Origin: the human T2T-CHM13v2.0 reference genome, Homo sapiens
NCBI RefSeq assembly: GCF_009914755.1
Contig: NC_060947.1
Strand: one strand, 5' to 3'
DNA length: 64,000 bases
Part shown: positions 46,491 through 59,569 of the stretch, piece by piece
Numbering within the stretch: the first letter of the stretch is position 1
How the letters are laid out: each line of letters begins with the position of its first letter
Position numbers and translations under genes: made by a program
The notes under the pieces: model-generated
The model's database searches: none
What the model saw: the letters and a program-made list of their open reading frames with translations, nothing else
What the model was told of the DNA's origin: nothing

Positions 46491-47374
46491 AAAGTCTCCA
46501 TGCAACGCTCTTCACTAAAGTTGACATTGGCAAAAAACTGCAGAGAACCTCAGTTGCCACAGCTGTCTGTATCTGCAGTAGCAGTGAGGGCTGTTATTGT
46601 GTTCTACAGTGCTGAAGATTGCTGGGGGTTTTTAAATCTCTTTTTCTCTCACGTGGATGTTTTGGCTGAGGTGTTCTTTCTTGGTGCCATCTTCTTCTTG
46701 CTGGTGTATTTATGGTGGTGATACCACTGGTGTCTGATGTCTAGTGCTCATGGTGCAGATGTCTGAAGTATGGACACGTAGAAAAACCACAGCTCCGTAT
46801 GCCAACATTCTGGTGCCACTAGTGCCTGGAGTGCTGGCACCACCACTGCTATGTCAGTAATAACATGCAGGATGCAGGCACATACAGAGGACCTGCAGAT
46901 CTGGGCTCTGTAGCACAGGTTTATGAATAACTACTGCTGTTCCAGGAACCAGAGTGTGGACATGCCTACTGTAGAAGTGGCTTCACAGCAGTGGAGTTTC
47001 TCCAATGTCTGATGTGCCAGTGTTTATGGAGCAGCTGTTGACTTCAGGTCTAGAACTTAGACATCATGAGAGCAATAATTTCTCTTGAGCCCTGGGCATG
47101 ATCTAGCTAACTGTGAAAGTGACTCCAATGTCAGAGACATGGACGCTCACAAAGTAGTGGAAGACCCATGTTCTAGAGTGCAGTGCATGCAGAGGGACTG
47201 TGGCTCTGGGGCCTAGGGTGGAGTTAGCCCAGTGGAAATTGTCATTGCTCCAATTTCTGATGTGTTGGTGGATGTGGTGCACCTGTGGATCTGCTGTCTG
47301 AAGCACAGGCTCATGAGGAGTGACAGTGTCTCTAGGGTTTGAAGCATGTGTTACCTCACTGTGGTGGTGGCTTA

Positions 47375-50300
47375 GAGAATCCCACAGCCTTTATGGAAAG
47401 GATGAGAGAGGCACTAATAAAACACACCTTTTTATCCCCTGATTCAGTTGAGAGACAGCTCATTCTGAAAGACAAGTTCATTACACATATTGTTCCCGAT
47501 ATTAGAAGGAAACTACAGAAGCAATCTATAGGACCAGATAGCAACCTAGAGAACTTCCTGAGAATAGCCACTTCAGTCTTTTACAATAGGGATCAGGAGG
47601 AAGCCCAAGAAAAGGAGAGGAAATACAAGAACAGAGGCTCTAGTAGCATGATTGCAAGCTTGCAAAGTCTAGGATCCCTGAGGTGCATCCACTAGCTGTT
47701 ATCCATGTGGCAAGTCATGGCATTTTAACAAGGAAGGCCCAGGCAGCAAGACAAAGCCACCTTGACCCTGTCCAGCCTGTGGCAGAGACCACTGGAGATG
47801 GGTCTGTCCCCAGAGGTAGAGGTCACTGGCTTCCGAACCAGTCTCACAGATGTTTCAGCAGGACTGATGGGTCCTGGGGCTCAAACCACTGGCTCCAGTG
47901 ACTCAGACAGTTATTACAGCATAGGAGCCCCAGGTAATTCTGGAAATTGAAGGAAAGAAGGTAGCTCACCTTCTGGATACTGGAGTCAGTCTCTCTTCTC
48001 CTAATTTAAGTCTCTCCTCTTACCATAGCATGACCACAAGGGATATCTCAGGGAGAACTCTAACCTAATATTTTTCTCAACCTCTTAGCTGCAGGTGGGG
48101 GGACCTACTATTTACACGTCTTTTTAATCATGCCTGAAATTCCCACTCCTTTATTAGGTAGAGATATTCTAGTTCACTTGGGGGTTAGCATCCATATAAC
48201 CCTACAACAAACTATTTGTCTCCCCCTGATGGAAGCTAACATTAATCCAGAAGTTTGGGCAACTCAAGGAAGAATAGCTATAACCACTAAGGCAGTCCAG
48301 ATCTATCTTAAGGATCCAACTTCTTTTCCTAATCAGAGACAGTATCCCCTAAGGCCAGAGGCTAGGAAAGGGCTAGAAGCCATTACTAATAATCCAAAGA
48401 TGCAAGGCCTCCTCAAACCCTATAGTAGCTCCTGCAACACCCCAATATTAGGAGTGCAGAAACCCAATGGGGAATGGAGACTAGTTCAGGACCTTTGCCT
48501 CATTAATGAAGCTGTAGTTCTAATTCATGCAGTGGTACCTAATCCCTATAACCTGTTAACTCTATTTGAGTTAATGGTTTACAGTTCTAGATATAAAGGT
48601 TGCCTTTTTCTGCACACCATTACATCCTGACTCTCAATACCTGTTTGCTTTCAAAGATCCCTCCAGCCAGACCACCCAGTTAACATGGACAGTGCTGCCT
48701 CAGGGATGTTGAGATAGTCCTCATCTGTTTGGACAGGTACTTTCAAAAGATCTCTCTGAGCTCTCTCATCCTCAAGTTAGCATCCTCAAGTTAGGGTCTT
48801 GCAGTATATTGATGATATCTGCTCTGTGCTCCAACTGAGGAAGATTCTCAGAAAGGAACTTAAGCTCTTCTCAACTTCTTAGCTAACAGAAGATACAAGG
48901 TTTCAAAACTGAAGGCCCAGCTCTGCAAAACCTCAGTGAACTATATAGGCTTAGTGCTGTCTGAGGGGGCCAGAGCATTAGGGGAAGAGAAGATTAAGCC
49001 AATTTCCTTCTTCCCTGCCTCCAAAACCCTCAAGAAACTAAGAGGATTTGGGGGCATTACAGGATTTTGTAGACTATGCATACCTGGGTATCGTGAAATA
49101 TCCCGTCCATTATATAACCTCATAGAAGAAACTCAGGGAGCTAAAGCTCATCGTCTAACCTGGGAACCTGAAACTCAAAGGGTCTTCAATCAGTTAAAAT
49201 AAGCCTTGCTTAAGGCACCAGCTCTCAAACTTTCTGTAGGGAAGGCCTTTGCTCTGTATGTATCAGAAAGTAAGGGAATGGTCTTGGGAGTTTTAACACG
49301 GGCCCAAGGACCAGCTCAACAGCCAGTGAGTTACCTAAATTAGAAATTTGATTTGCTGGTTAAAGGATGGCCAGCTGGCCTCTAAGCCATCGCCTCAGTG
49401 GCTCTGCTGGTCGCAGAAGCCTCCAAATTAACCCTGGGAATTGATTTGACTGTTTACACCTCACATAATATGGCAGGACTACTGCACTCTAGGTGAAGAC
49501 TTTGTCTAACACATACCAACTCCTTAAATATCAGGCTCTCTGTGAGAGGGTTCCAACATCTAATTAAAGGCTGTTCTCTCCTAAATCTAGCCACTTTCAT
49601 CCCCGAGGAAACGGGAACATGAGCATAATTATGAACAAGTCAGAGTACAGACCTATGCAGCCTGGGAAGATCTCAGGGAAACTATGCCTAGAGAACCCAG
49701 ACTGGACCCTCTTCACAGATGGGAGCTCTTTCATAGAACAAGGTATCCATAAGGCAGGATACACAGTAGTCACTCTATATGACATCAATGAAAGTGTCTC
49801 TTCTCCCTCCAGGCACAAGCACTCAATTAGCTGAGCTAATAGCTCTTACAAGAGCAAACTGATTTAAGGAAAGGAAAGGCAGCTAACATTTACACTGACT
49901 CCAAGTATGCTTTCTTGGTTCTCCATGCTCATGCTGCCATTTGGAAGGAAAAGCATTTTCTTACCACCAATGAATGGACCACCTATAAAATATCACCACA
50001 AAATTAACAGATTATTATCCTCAGTTTTCCTTCCATGAAAAAATAGTGATGATGCATTTCTGTAGGGGACATCAAAAGGGAACAGATGAGGTAGCCAAAA
50101 TAAATAGATTAGCTGATCAGGCGGCTAAGTCAGCAGCAAGGAAGCTTCCAGACATCAACACAATTCAAACTCCTCTAATCTGGGAAGGCTCCATAATAGA
50201 AATTAAACCTCAGTACTCCCCTACAGAAATAGAATGAGCCACTTCTCGCCGGTATACATTTCAGCCCTCAGGATGGCTACAGTCAGAAGCTGGCAAACTT

Positions 50301-53300
50301 CATTTGCTAGCCTCCAGCCAATGGAAAGTCTTTAAAGTCCTTCACCAAGCCTTTCACTTGGGAAAGGATAAAACTTATTAATGTGCCGAGAGATTGTTCT
50401 CAGCAGAGAATTTACTAAAAACAGTCAAGCAAGTTGTTAATGCTTTTGAAGTCTGTCTTAAAAATAATCCCCTGAACAGGCGGCTCCTTCCTTCTCAAAC
50501 TCAAAGAATAGAAAATTATCCAGGTGAGGACTGGCAAACAGATTTTATCCACATGCCAAAGACAAAAGGCATTCAATGCCTGCTGGTATGGGTAGATACC
50601 TTCACTAACTGGGTAGAAGAAGCATTTTCCTGCCATACAGAAAAAGCCTCTGAGGTAGTAAAAGTATTAGTTAATGAAATAACTCCCTGCTTTGGTCTAT
50701 ATAAGTATCTTCAAAGTGGCAATGGGCCTCAAAGACACAAGGGGTCTCAAAAGCACTAGGCATATAATATCGTCTCCATTGTGCTTGGAGACCCCAATCC
50801 TCAGGAAAGGTAGACAAAACTAATGATATTATCAAGAGACACTTCAGAAAATTATCCCAAGAAACTCACCTGCCTTGGGTCACTCTTCTTCCCACGGCCT
50901 TACTACAAATAAGAAATACCCCTTCAAAATTAAGTCTTAGTCCTTTTGAGATGCTGTATGGATGGCCTTTCCTTACCAATGATTTTCTATTAGATCAGGA
51001 AACCTCTGAGCTAGTTAAGCATGTAACCTCTCTGCTCACTTTCAACAGGAATTAGCACAGTTTGTGAAAGTCAACCCCCAGGAAATTGGACCCCTTCTAT
51101 TTAAGCCAGGAGATTTGGTGCTGGTAAAACTCTTTCTTCTCTGTCTCCCTCCCTAAGCCCAAGCTGGGAAGGGCCTTACATTGTTCTTCTTTCAACCTCC
51201 TCAGCAATAAAAGTTATGGGAATTGACTCCTGGATACCTCACACTTCAGTCAAAGCTTGGAATGCTGATGGAGCAACCCCTGACAGCCCAGAGAAATGTC
51301 CTGAATATCAACGTGAAAAATAGGAGATCTTAAGCTGAAAATCACACAAAAAATAAGTAACTGAGTAAGAACTACTCACCTTACTCATCTCACACTTACC
51401 TCACTAAATACTTTTTGTCACTTTTACCTGTCCTTTGAGATTCATCACCAAATATTACAACTTCTTTTTGGTGGAAATTATTTACTATGCCACCCTTGCA
51501 GGAATTGCTGTACTCACTCTACTATTTGCAGTAGGACTATATACTGTAGCACCAGCAGGGTGGAATATTGGACAGAGAATCCCAATTACTGTAGCATTTT
51601 GTTTAATTATTATCCTCATAGCACGAATAACAGTTACTAACAGGAAGTAAATGTGAGTGTTTTACTATCACTAAGTCTGTTAGGACTTTTTATCACACTT
51701 AGTAATATGTCACATCCTTTAGCTCCTATAATATCCACCATGGCCCATTTGTACAAGACTAATTGTTGGGTCTGTCCTAAGCAGTTTGCTCAATTCAGTG
51801 GCACTAAGGAAACTTACAGTGACCTGGAATTCACTGTCTTAGGATTACCTTTGTTGACTTTACCTTTAACCCTTAAAGACTTATCAGGCATAAATGGGAC
51901 ACGGTATGGGAGCACTTTCAACTGGGTAACTTACTCCTCTCAGGAGAACACTCTGCCCCCAGTGCCGAAGAACACTCTCCCCAAAGACAAGCTTCACACC
52001 CTCAGGGTAGGAAAAGTTGACCAAGTGACAGCAAATGCCTCCCTCTTCTTTAAAAGCAGCAGGGAAGGACCACACTTGGGAGATCTCAGATATTTTAGCA
52101 TCACATTTGTAATTGCTGATAGTTCAAAGATTGGGGGAGGAGACCACAACAAGTGTGATCTAAAAGGATCAGACGACCTAGTGGGGGGCATTCAGAATCT
52201 AGCCTCTCCTGGTTGGAAGGACTCCGATGGGAGTGGCATGCTCTAAGTAACCACCTTAACTATAATCTAAAGAATAACACATGGGCCTTTCCAAGCATGT
52301 GACCTCATGGAATTCCAGACCCTTGTATGATGTTTGCTAACAGTAGTGGCTTACAGATATGTGGGCAACCTGGAGACATCTGGACTGCTAGCCCTTGCCA
52401 GGCTAGCAGGATCATCTAAGATATTGTCCAGGGCATATAATATCTCTAATTTTTTGAAACTCCATTTGTCAGGTGGACCCTTCTCACTTGGCATGTCAAA
52501 TTCCAAATGGCATCATAAATAACTATCCTAAATATGCATACCCTTATCCCAAGGATTCCCCTATTATATGTAAAGAAGGGAAAATTCTAATATATGAGAA
52601 AAATCTGCCGGTGTCTCTCACAAGCCACAACTTAGAACCATCTCTTCAAGGAACGGGGCTATCTTTTCTTTGTGGCTCCTGGATACACTTAATCCTCCTA
52701 AGGCATTGGAAGGGAACTTGTACTTTAGTATCTGTAGTTACCGACTTATTATTTTTAAATTCTACTCAGATGACAGCATCATCTGGGGACATCCCTAACT
52801 TAGGCTCTTTTCTAGAAAACTGCACTATGTAGAATATGCCGGACAAAGAGATCTATCATTTCTGTGCCCTCATATGGAGATTTAACTGAAAGGGCAGACT
52901 GGGGAGGGCATGCACATGACAATCCCATCTTAGAAAAAACATGGATGGGAAATCCTACAGCCAGAGGTCTATTCTTATTTATGGGTGTCCCTCTCCTTGA
53001 AAGATCTGTACTTTATATCTCTATTAGGATGCACTGAAGATGGAAAGCAATTCTAGATGCCATAGAGCCACAATAGCAATCTATAGACTCTTTAGCCTCA
53101 GTAGTAGCATAAAATAGACAGGCCTTAGATGTCCTTAAATTTGAAGTAGGAGGTACCTATGCACTTTTAAATGAAACATGCTGCTTCCAGATTAACACCT
53201 CTAGTAAAGTAGAGGAAAATCCACAGATACTCAAAGATCAAATCAAAATTATTGACAGGCTAAGATAAAATACAGGCTTCAGCCCCAGGTGGCTACAATC

Positions 53301-53627
53301 CCTCTTTAATGAATCCCAGTCTTCCTTACGGAATTGGTTAACTCCTTTATTAAGCCCCCTTTTGCTTATGTGTCTTGTATTAATATTTGGACCTTGTAAC
53401 TCAATACTAACTTGAATTGTTTCCTCTCATCTAGAAGCAATCAAACTCCAAATGCTGCAGCAAAGTGAACCACGCATGGACATGCCATTCTTCCAAGGAC
53501 CAACCCCAGGAGGAGCCCTAGCTGCTGTTCCTCACTTGATGCCCCTTTTCACCACGAAGTAGCCAGAAAGAGTTGTTGCCCAAAACCCCCTAACAGCAGT
53601 TAGGGTGACATCTCCTCATGAGGGAAT
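47375..53627 (+). mobile_element. ERV1 (HUERS-P3/ERV9-W-like) internal region: 3' gag, pro, pol and env, all decayed; 5' LTR and 5' gag absent
   Basis: Gag ENPTAFMERMREALIKHT and QQD* stop; protease LLDTG; RT PNGEWRLVQDL and QYIDD (48802-48816); RNase H LFTDGSS; integrase PGEDWQTDF; env furin site RTKR (52840) and NRQALDVL..GGT.ALLNETCCF. Confidence 0.92.
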
Positions 53628-54248
53628 GTTATAGGAGTTATTAAGAAATTATTTTAGGCAGATAGAGAGGATAAGACGTCCTTGGTAAGGTTTGTTTATT
53701 TTAAAGAAGCTCCAGAAATGTTTCTACTCTAGCAGAAAAGCAGCTTGAAGGGCAAGGCCAGCTGGCAAGCTTTGATATACAAATGCCGGCCATTAGAAAC
53801 TGAGTCCATCCAATATGGCAATTCCCACTCTCTTCTCCTTGTCGCCCTGTGTGCCAAGCATCATGGCTGTCCCCAGATCACTCCATGTGTGCAGGACATT
53901 ATGGCGCCCTACATTTGCATATTAAAAGGCTAGGGTTGGAGGGCCAGTTTTTTCACGGGCTATGTGAATTGCATACCTGGTCAAACCAATCCCCTGAGCA
54001 CTGTGCAAATCATACACCACTTCCTCCAGCATCCTAGTATAACTGACTGTTTTCCACCACACTCGGGCTTTCCTCTCTTGGCTTGGAGTCCCCCTCCCTC
54101 TGTCTCTGTGCGGGGGAGTTTCTACCTTCTTTCTTGCCTATTAAACTCTCCACTCCTTAAAACCACTCCATATGTGTGCGTGTAATTTTATCTAATCAGC
54201 GTGAGGCAAAGGACCCTGGTTTTCCTCCATTCATTGGAGCTGTATCAC
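53628..54248 (+). mobile_element. 3' LTR (LTR9/MER61-like)
   Basis: Follows the purine tract gagggaa; tgttataggagttattaagaaattattttaggcagatag...attaaa...ggagctgtatca. Confidence 0.8.
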
Positions 54249-56160
54249 AAGATATGAGTACTGATGAAGTGGTGGCAAAGCTGGTGTCCTGAGTGCAAGT
54301 ATGCACAGAGTGACCACAGTTCTAGGGACCAGGGTGGGTCTATCTTACAGTGGCTCTGGCTCTAGTTTCTGAAATGCAGTGATACGTGTGCTATGGCTGT
54401 GAAGATGGGTTCTGGATTGTGGGCAGGGAGTGGCCATTGCTCCAGGTCCAGGGTGGCCATGGGGTTGGAGAGGTCTTAGCCCTTGTCCCAGACCAGCACA
54501 ATAAAACCTCCTTTTTAAAGGAGTGGATGCAGAAGTGTTTCTTTCTTCAGGAGTTTTGCCGCACCAATGGTTGAATACCTCAGTGACAGAAACTGCTGGT
54601 GCCCTCTACACAGCAGGCAATTGGAGACCATGGTGGCACCCACTGCATTAACAATACTGATGGGTTCCACCCTTGTTCTTTGTTACTAGCTTTCTCCAGA
54701 CATCTCAAGTATGCCAACCTACCCAACAATATTTTCTGTGCAGTTATTCTCCATTTTTTGTTGCAGGATCTTAATTGGAATCTTGAGCTCTTTTGAGCCT
54801 TTTTTCATTCAAAGATAGCTGTCTAATTGTTAATTTTTGTGGTAGGATGAAGAATAATTTCCCACTCTGCCATTTTTCTGACATCAATCCTGCATCAGAT
54901 ATTTTGGGACTCTGATGTTTACAATTGTGATATATTCTTAGTGAATTGATGCTTTCATTAATATGTAATTTCCTCTTTTGTCTCTTGCAACAGTATTTTA
55001 CTTACAGTTAATTTTGGCTGATATTTGTATAGCCAACCCAACTATATTTTGATTACTGTTTTCATATAATATCTTTTACTATTCTTTACTTTTTTAATAA
55101 ATCTTGTGATCTTTGTTAAAACCTGAGCATTTGAAAAACAGCTACCTACCTTCTCATTCTTTTCAAACTGGTTTGTATCAAGGCAGTTCTGTACTTAGTT
55201 GCTGGGTATTATTTGAACTTTAAGATTAACTCAGAATGAAAGATTAAGGCCTCTGGTCTTTTCTGAGCATGCAACACACACATATCTGGGCTTGTTTGTG
55301 GCTTTTTCAATTTTCTTGTATACATAACTGCTTTTTAGTGTCTTAATTTCCCAAAGAATCTAACCCCAGAATCTCCTCAGAGCCTTAGGTGGTCTGTTAT
55401 GTCTCTTCACCCATAATAACTTTCCCCAGGCATCTGTAGATTTTAGCCTCCCTGCAGCTTTCTCAGCAGCACTCATTTCTTCTCCCTGTCTGAGATCTGA
55501 GTTGCATCACTGCTCTGTGCCTGAGATCCAAGTTAGGCAAAACAGAGACCAGTCATTCAGGCAGTCCCCAGACAGGTTAGAATGTTACAGTTAAGATCTG
55601 CTGTGCTCCCTTTGGTTTCAAAGGAGGGAATTGAAAACTAAGCTACCACTTTCTTCAGACCAAGACTGTTCCATGCCAGGGAAGGAGTAGGGCAAGGTTG
55701 AGTAAAAATGTCATACAATTTCCTACTGTTTTGAATGTCATTAAAAAAAATGGTCATTCAGTTGACGGTTATAGACCCTTGAAACTTTTCAGGAGCTTTT
55801 ATACAATAATGTTAAACAGTTTTTGGTGTTTTTGTTTGGTTGTTCTGCCTTTTTTTCCCATGTTTCCATGGAGGAATGAGGACTTGGAGCTTCTTAATGC
55901 ACCAATTTACTGATGTCACTTATCTAATCTCTACCTTTAAATTGAACCATTAATATTTACATTTAAGGTAATTATTGATATGTTAGTATTTAAATCTTTT
56001 ATTTAATTACTTGTTTTCTGTGTTTCTTATTCTTTTCTTCCTTTCTGTCTTCCTGTTAATTATTTAAACATTCTTGGAATCTACCGTGATTTTTTTTTAT
56101 TGTATAATTTTGTATAATTTCTTTGTGGTTGCTCTGTGTACTATAATATATGTAAATTTG
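54249..56160 (-). mobile_element. Old L1M fragments (5' regions and inter-ORF/ORF2 pieces)
   Basis: Degenerate L1M 5'-end motifs ctctgccatttttctgacatca and gcaccaatttactgatgtcact; similar in style to 46490-47370 on the other side of the ERV. Confidence 0.55.
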
Positions 56161-58050
56161 AGGCTGCCTGCTTCAGGTAGTCTAGCCTGCGTAGTTTCTA
56201 ATGGATGGAGGAAATGGACATGGAAGCACACCAGGGATTTCCCATTAATGCTGCTGAGCAGAGCAACAATTGCTTGTGAGCACAAGATGCTCATGGCTAG
56301 CTGACACTGTGGCTGGGACTCCAGGGACATCCCAGAAGCTTCCAAGAACACTTTGTCTCAGGGATTCTACCTTCTTTTCCCTTATGGCAACAGCTGCTGG
56401 TAACACTTCACTGATGCAAGCAAACATGCTGTTTGGGGTAGTTAATGGGCTTCAAGACTGGGTAAGTCACTCTGGTGTGTACAACTTGGAACACCTTCCC
56501 ATTCATCTGGGCTTTTCCTTCGAATAAGCCACTTTATGGTTGTATTCAGTTTGGGTACCCTGGTAGAAAAGGGAATAGTTGTCAGAATTTTACCCAATTT
56601 GAGAACTAGTTCATTTACATTTGTCTGTTTTTGTGGATCCCAGTCTTACATATTTCAAAACATGGAAAAGTTCAAACACATGGCAGATTTTCTGGGACTC
56701 CAGCTGATTACATAATACAGCCCATTTTTATTCTCATTTTAAACTGATGGGAAAATTACAGCAATAAAAAGTCAGAACTCACATGGCTAACTGGCAAATA
56801 TAAAGTTAAATAGTCTTCTAAAGCTCTCTATCTTTTCTTTTCTGACTCTGCTGTTATTAAGATACTGGTGTTGAGATAAAACTATAATTTAAAGTTACTT
56901 GAAGCTTTTGTTTTGCTTATATCGTTCAGCCACTTCTAACTAAAATATGGACATTAATAACTCATTTAGATCTGATGAAAAGGATGAAAGAAATTTTTCA
57001 AAAATTAAACTACCATGGAAACTGTTACTCAGGAGTTTGATCAACAGCCTTCACTGGGTTAGCTGTCAGGGCAAACAAAATTTAGCCATGTAAATAGGTT
57101 CCAATTTTGTCTGAGAAATAATTTGAATTCAAGTATCTTTTATAGGACAGTGAGTTTGTGATGCTGTCTCATGGCTAGAATTACAAAGTGACTGGATCTT
57201 TGTGTTTGTATATATATGTTTACATGTATTTATATGTATGCACATGTATTATATCATGTGTTGTGTTAACATGCTACAAAATTAATTTATAAGTAAATGA
57301 GTATTCATAAATTAAATCCAAAATGCTATCAAGTTCACATGAATTTAATCATCTTCAGAAAATAAAAAGGATTTTAAAATTATTAGTAAAATAAAAATAG
57401 AAATGTTTTAAGAATTCTTAACATATACTTTTGTCTATGTTTACTGATTAGATAAGTTTTATATTTGTCTCTGTTAGAAATGTTAAGGCATCAGAGTGTG
57501 GCACAAAATTTATAGTACTATAAAGAGAGGCAAAAACAGAATAATCTTTGTGTGATTTGTGATAAGTAAGACCAATTTAATATTGTTGGTTTAATAAAAA
57601 AGAGTTGAATCTTCAGAGTTATTGGCACAAGGCCCATGTGTTTAAATTTAATATCATAGCTTAGGTAAACACCTGATGTTCACAGGCTTTAAAAATGGTT
57701 AATAGGAAAAAAAATCCTAGTTATCACACAATTTCATAAGTTGTATTCTTATTGAGAAAAAAGTAATTTTTTGTAATTTGGAGGTTATTTAAATGTTAGA
57801 AATGAACTGGTAAGTAGAATAGAAAAGTATGAAAAAAGTTATGAATATAAATATGTATTTTGGTAAAAAGGTTATTTTTAAAAAAGAAAATGATTTTATA
57901 TGAGAAAATACCTTATACATTGAATTTTTATGAAATAAAATGACTGGTTATTTAAGAACGTGGTAGTATAGGACAAATCAGAAATTCAAAGCATATCATA
58001 GATGGTCTGTGTAAGTCATGATAGGACTTATATAAACAGGACCTAAGACC
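56160..58050 (+). mobile_element. MER4-group (ERV1) non-autonomous internal sequence
   Basis: gggtaagtc donor-like site, ttctgggactccagctg, AT-rich body typical of MER4-int-type elements. Confidence 0.6.
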
Positions 58051-58510
58051 ATGCCAGGCAAGGGTTAATTCACAAACTCCTATAATTTAAAAGTAAACTG
58101 TATTCTAAGTGCCACAAGGTTTTGTTTTAGTTTTTGTTTTTTTTCTCTATTAGCCAAACCAGCACTGGCCTTGAGATCAGCTGACTGACTTCCAACTCCT
58201 GTTCCACCAGTAATAGCTACAGCTTTAATTAGACAAGAGATTAATTTTGGTAACTTTCTCCCAATAAAAGACCACTGACCATGGACTAGTTCTGGCCAAT
58301 TTACAGAAATTGCACATGAGAGTGCCTTTGTGTCCTGAAAAGACCGTTTGACACATACAGCCTTATTAAATGTTAAGTTTCCACCCAAAAATGAACATGA
58401 GTCATATATTACATGCATATTTGTTTCATACACATTTGTCAGGACCACTTTCATGAATATTCATAACTCCCCCACAACCTATTAAATATGTATATTTAGC
58501 TAACCTATCA
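58050..58510 (+). mobile_element. MER39/MER34-like LTR fragment
   Basis: gtcaggaccactttcatgaatattcataactcc...aatatgtatatttagc. Confidence 0.65.
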
Positions 58511-58983
58511 TCAATCCCCACAGGAGCTCCAAGTACAATTGAGAGTGAAGAACATGTGCTATAATTAAGACTAAATGCTGTGTGTACATCCAAGATAACT
58601 CCAGAAACACCCTCAGCCCTATATGACATGCACAAGAAAACTGAACTATGTCTTATCCACAATGCCCTTAAATCAATGGCTCTTTGTATGATTTGGATCA
58701 GGCCCCACCTGGTAAAAAAAAAAGTTGCTCATAATTTTAGTCATGATTATAGGGATCAGTTTATTCTATTGCTGTAGACTGTATTGCTGTTACACAATCA
58801 ACATGATGCTCTAGCAGATCTCTTTTGTAAGTCCAAGGACTTGCAAATACTTTCATCTCCATGTGGATAGGTTCCATTCCACCATCCCCTAACCATGCTC
58901 CTTTTCAGCAGGAAGTAGCCAAAATGAACACATTGCCCATTTTTCATAGAAATGGAATGAAACTTGACAGTGGGGTTAGGGGT

Positions 58984-59488
58984 TGTAACCAGGGACCTCA
59001 GTTTTAAAAATCACCCACTTTCTTTTTCTTCCTTCCCTTCCCTCTCACCTCTTCATTCCTTCCCCCTCTAGACACTCTCCTCTGGCAGTGCATGCTTGTT
59101 TTAAAAATTCCTTAGGTTAATCTTGAAACAAACTACACAAAGGGCCCCTGTGAAATCCTCTTGCCTAGGGGGAGTTGGAAACAAAGCCAACCACCATGGG
59201 CTGAAGTTAACACAAGCCAGACCTCTTGATAAGTGATTACCCAAGATAGCCATCTGAACAAGACACACAGTGGCTGCAACCTGGACAACTCCCACATGTC
59301 ACTCATACCAAGTTTCCCTTTAAAAGCCCTATGATAAACTTTAAATTTTGAGATGGTACTTTAGAACTCTAATTCACCAAGTTCTTGTTTTGTTGGGTCT
59401 CTGATTAAATTGCTTTTCCTCCCACCAACCCTCACCTGTTGTTTTCTGGTTTTGGAGTAGCAAGCAGCCAAACCTGAGTCCAGTTGCA
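58984..59488 (+). mobile_element. ERV1 (MER4-group) LTR preceded by an env-end remnant
   Basis: Upstream ttttcagcaggaagtagcca and a G-rich tract; tgtaacc...attaaa...cagttgca termini. Confidence 0.65.
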
Positions 59489-59569
59489 TTATCACAGCCT
59501 ACTGATATGAAGGTTTTATGATGGTGTCATATATGGAAAACTACGTTCATTTAGATCCCTTACTATCTA

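Noticed and set aside
51653-53530. Possible co-opted (syncytin-like) env gene
   Set aside because: Fragmented into short frames, with stops in the TM region including just before the immunosuppressive-domain motif
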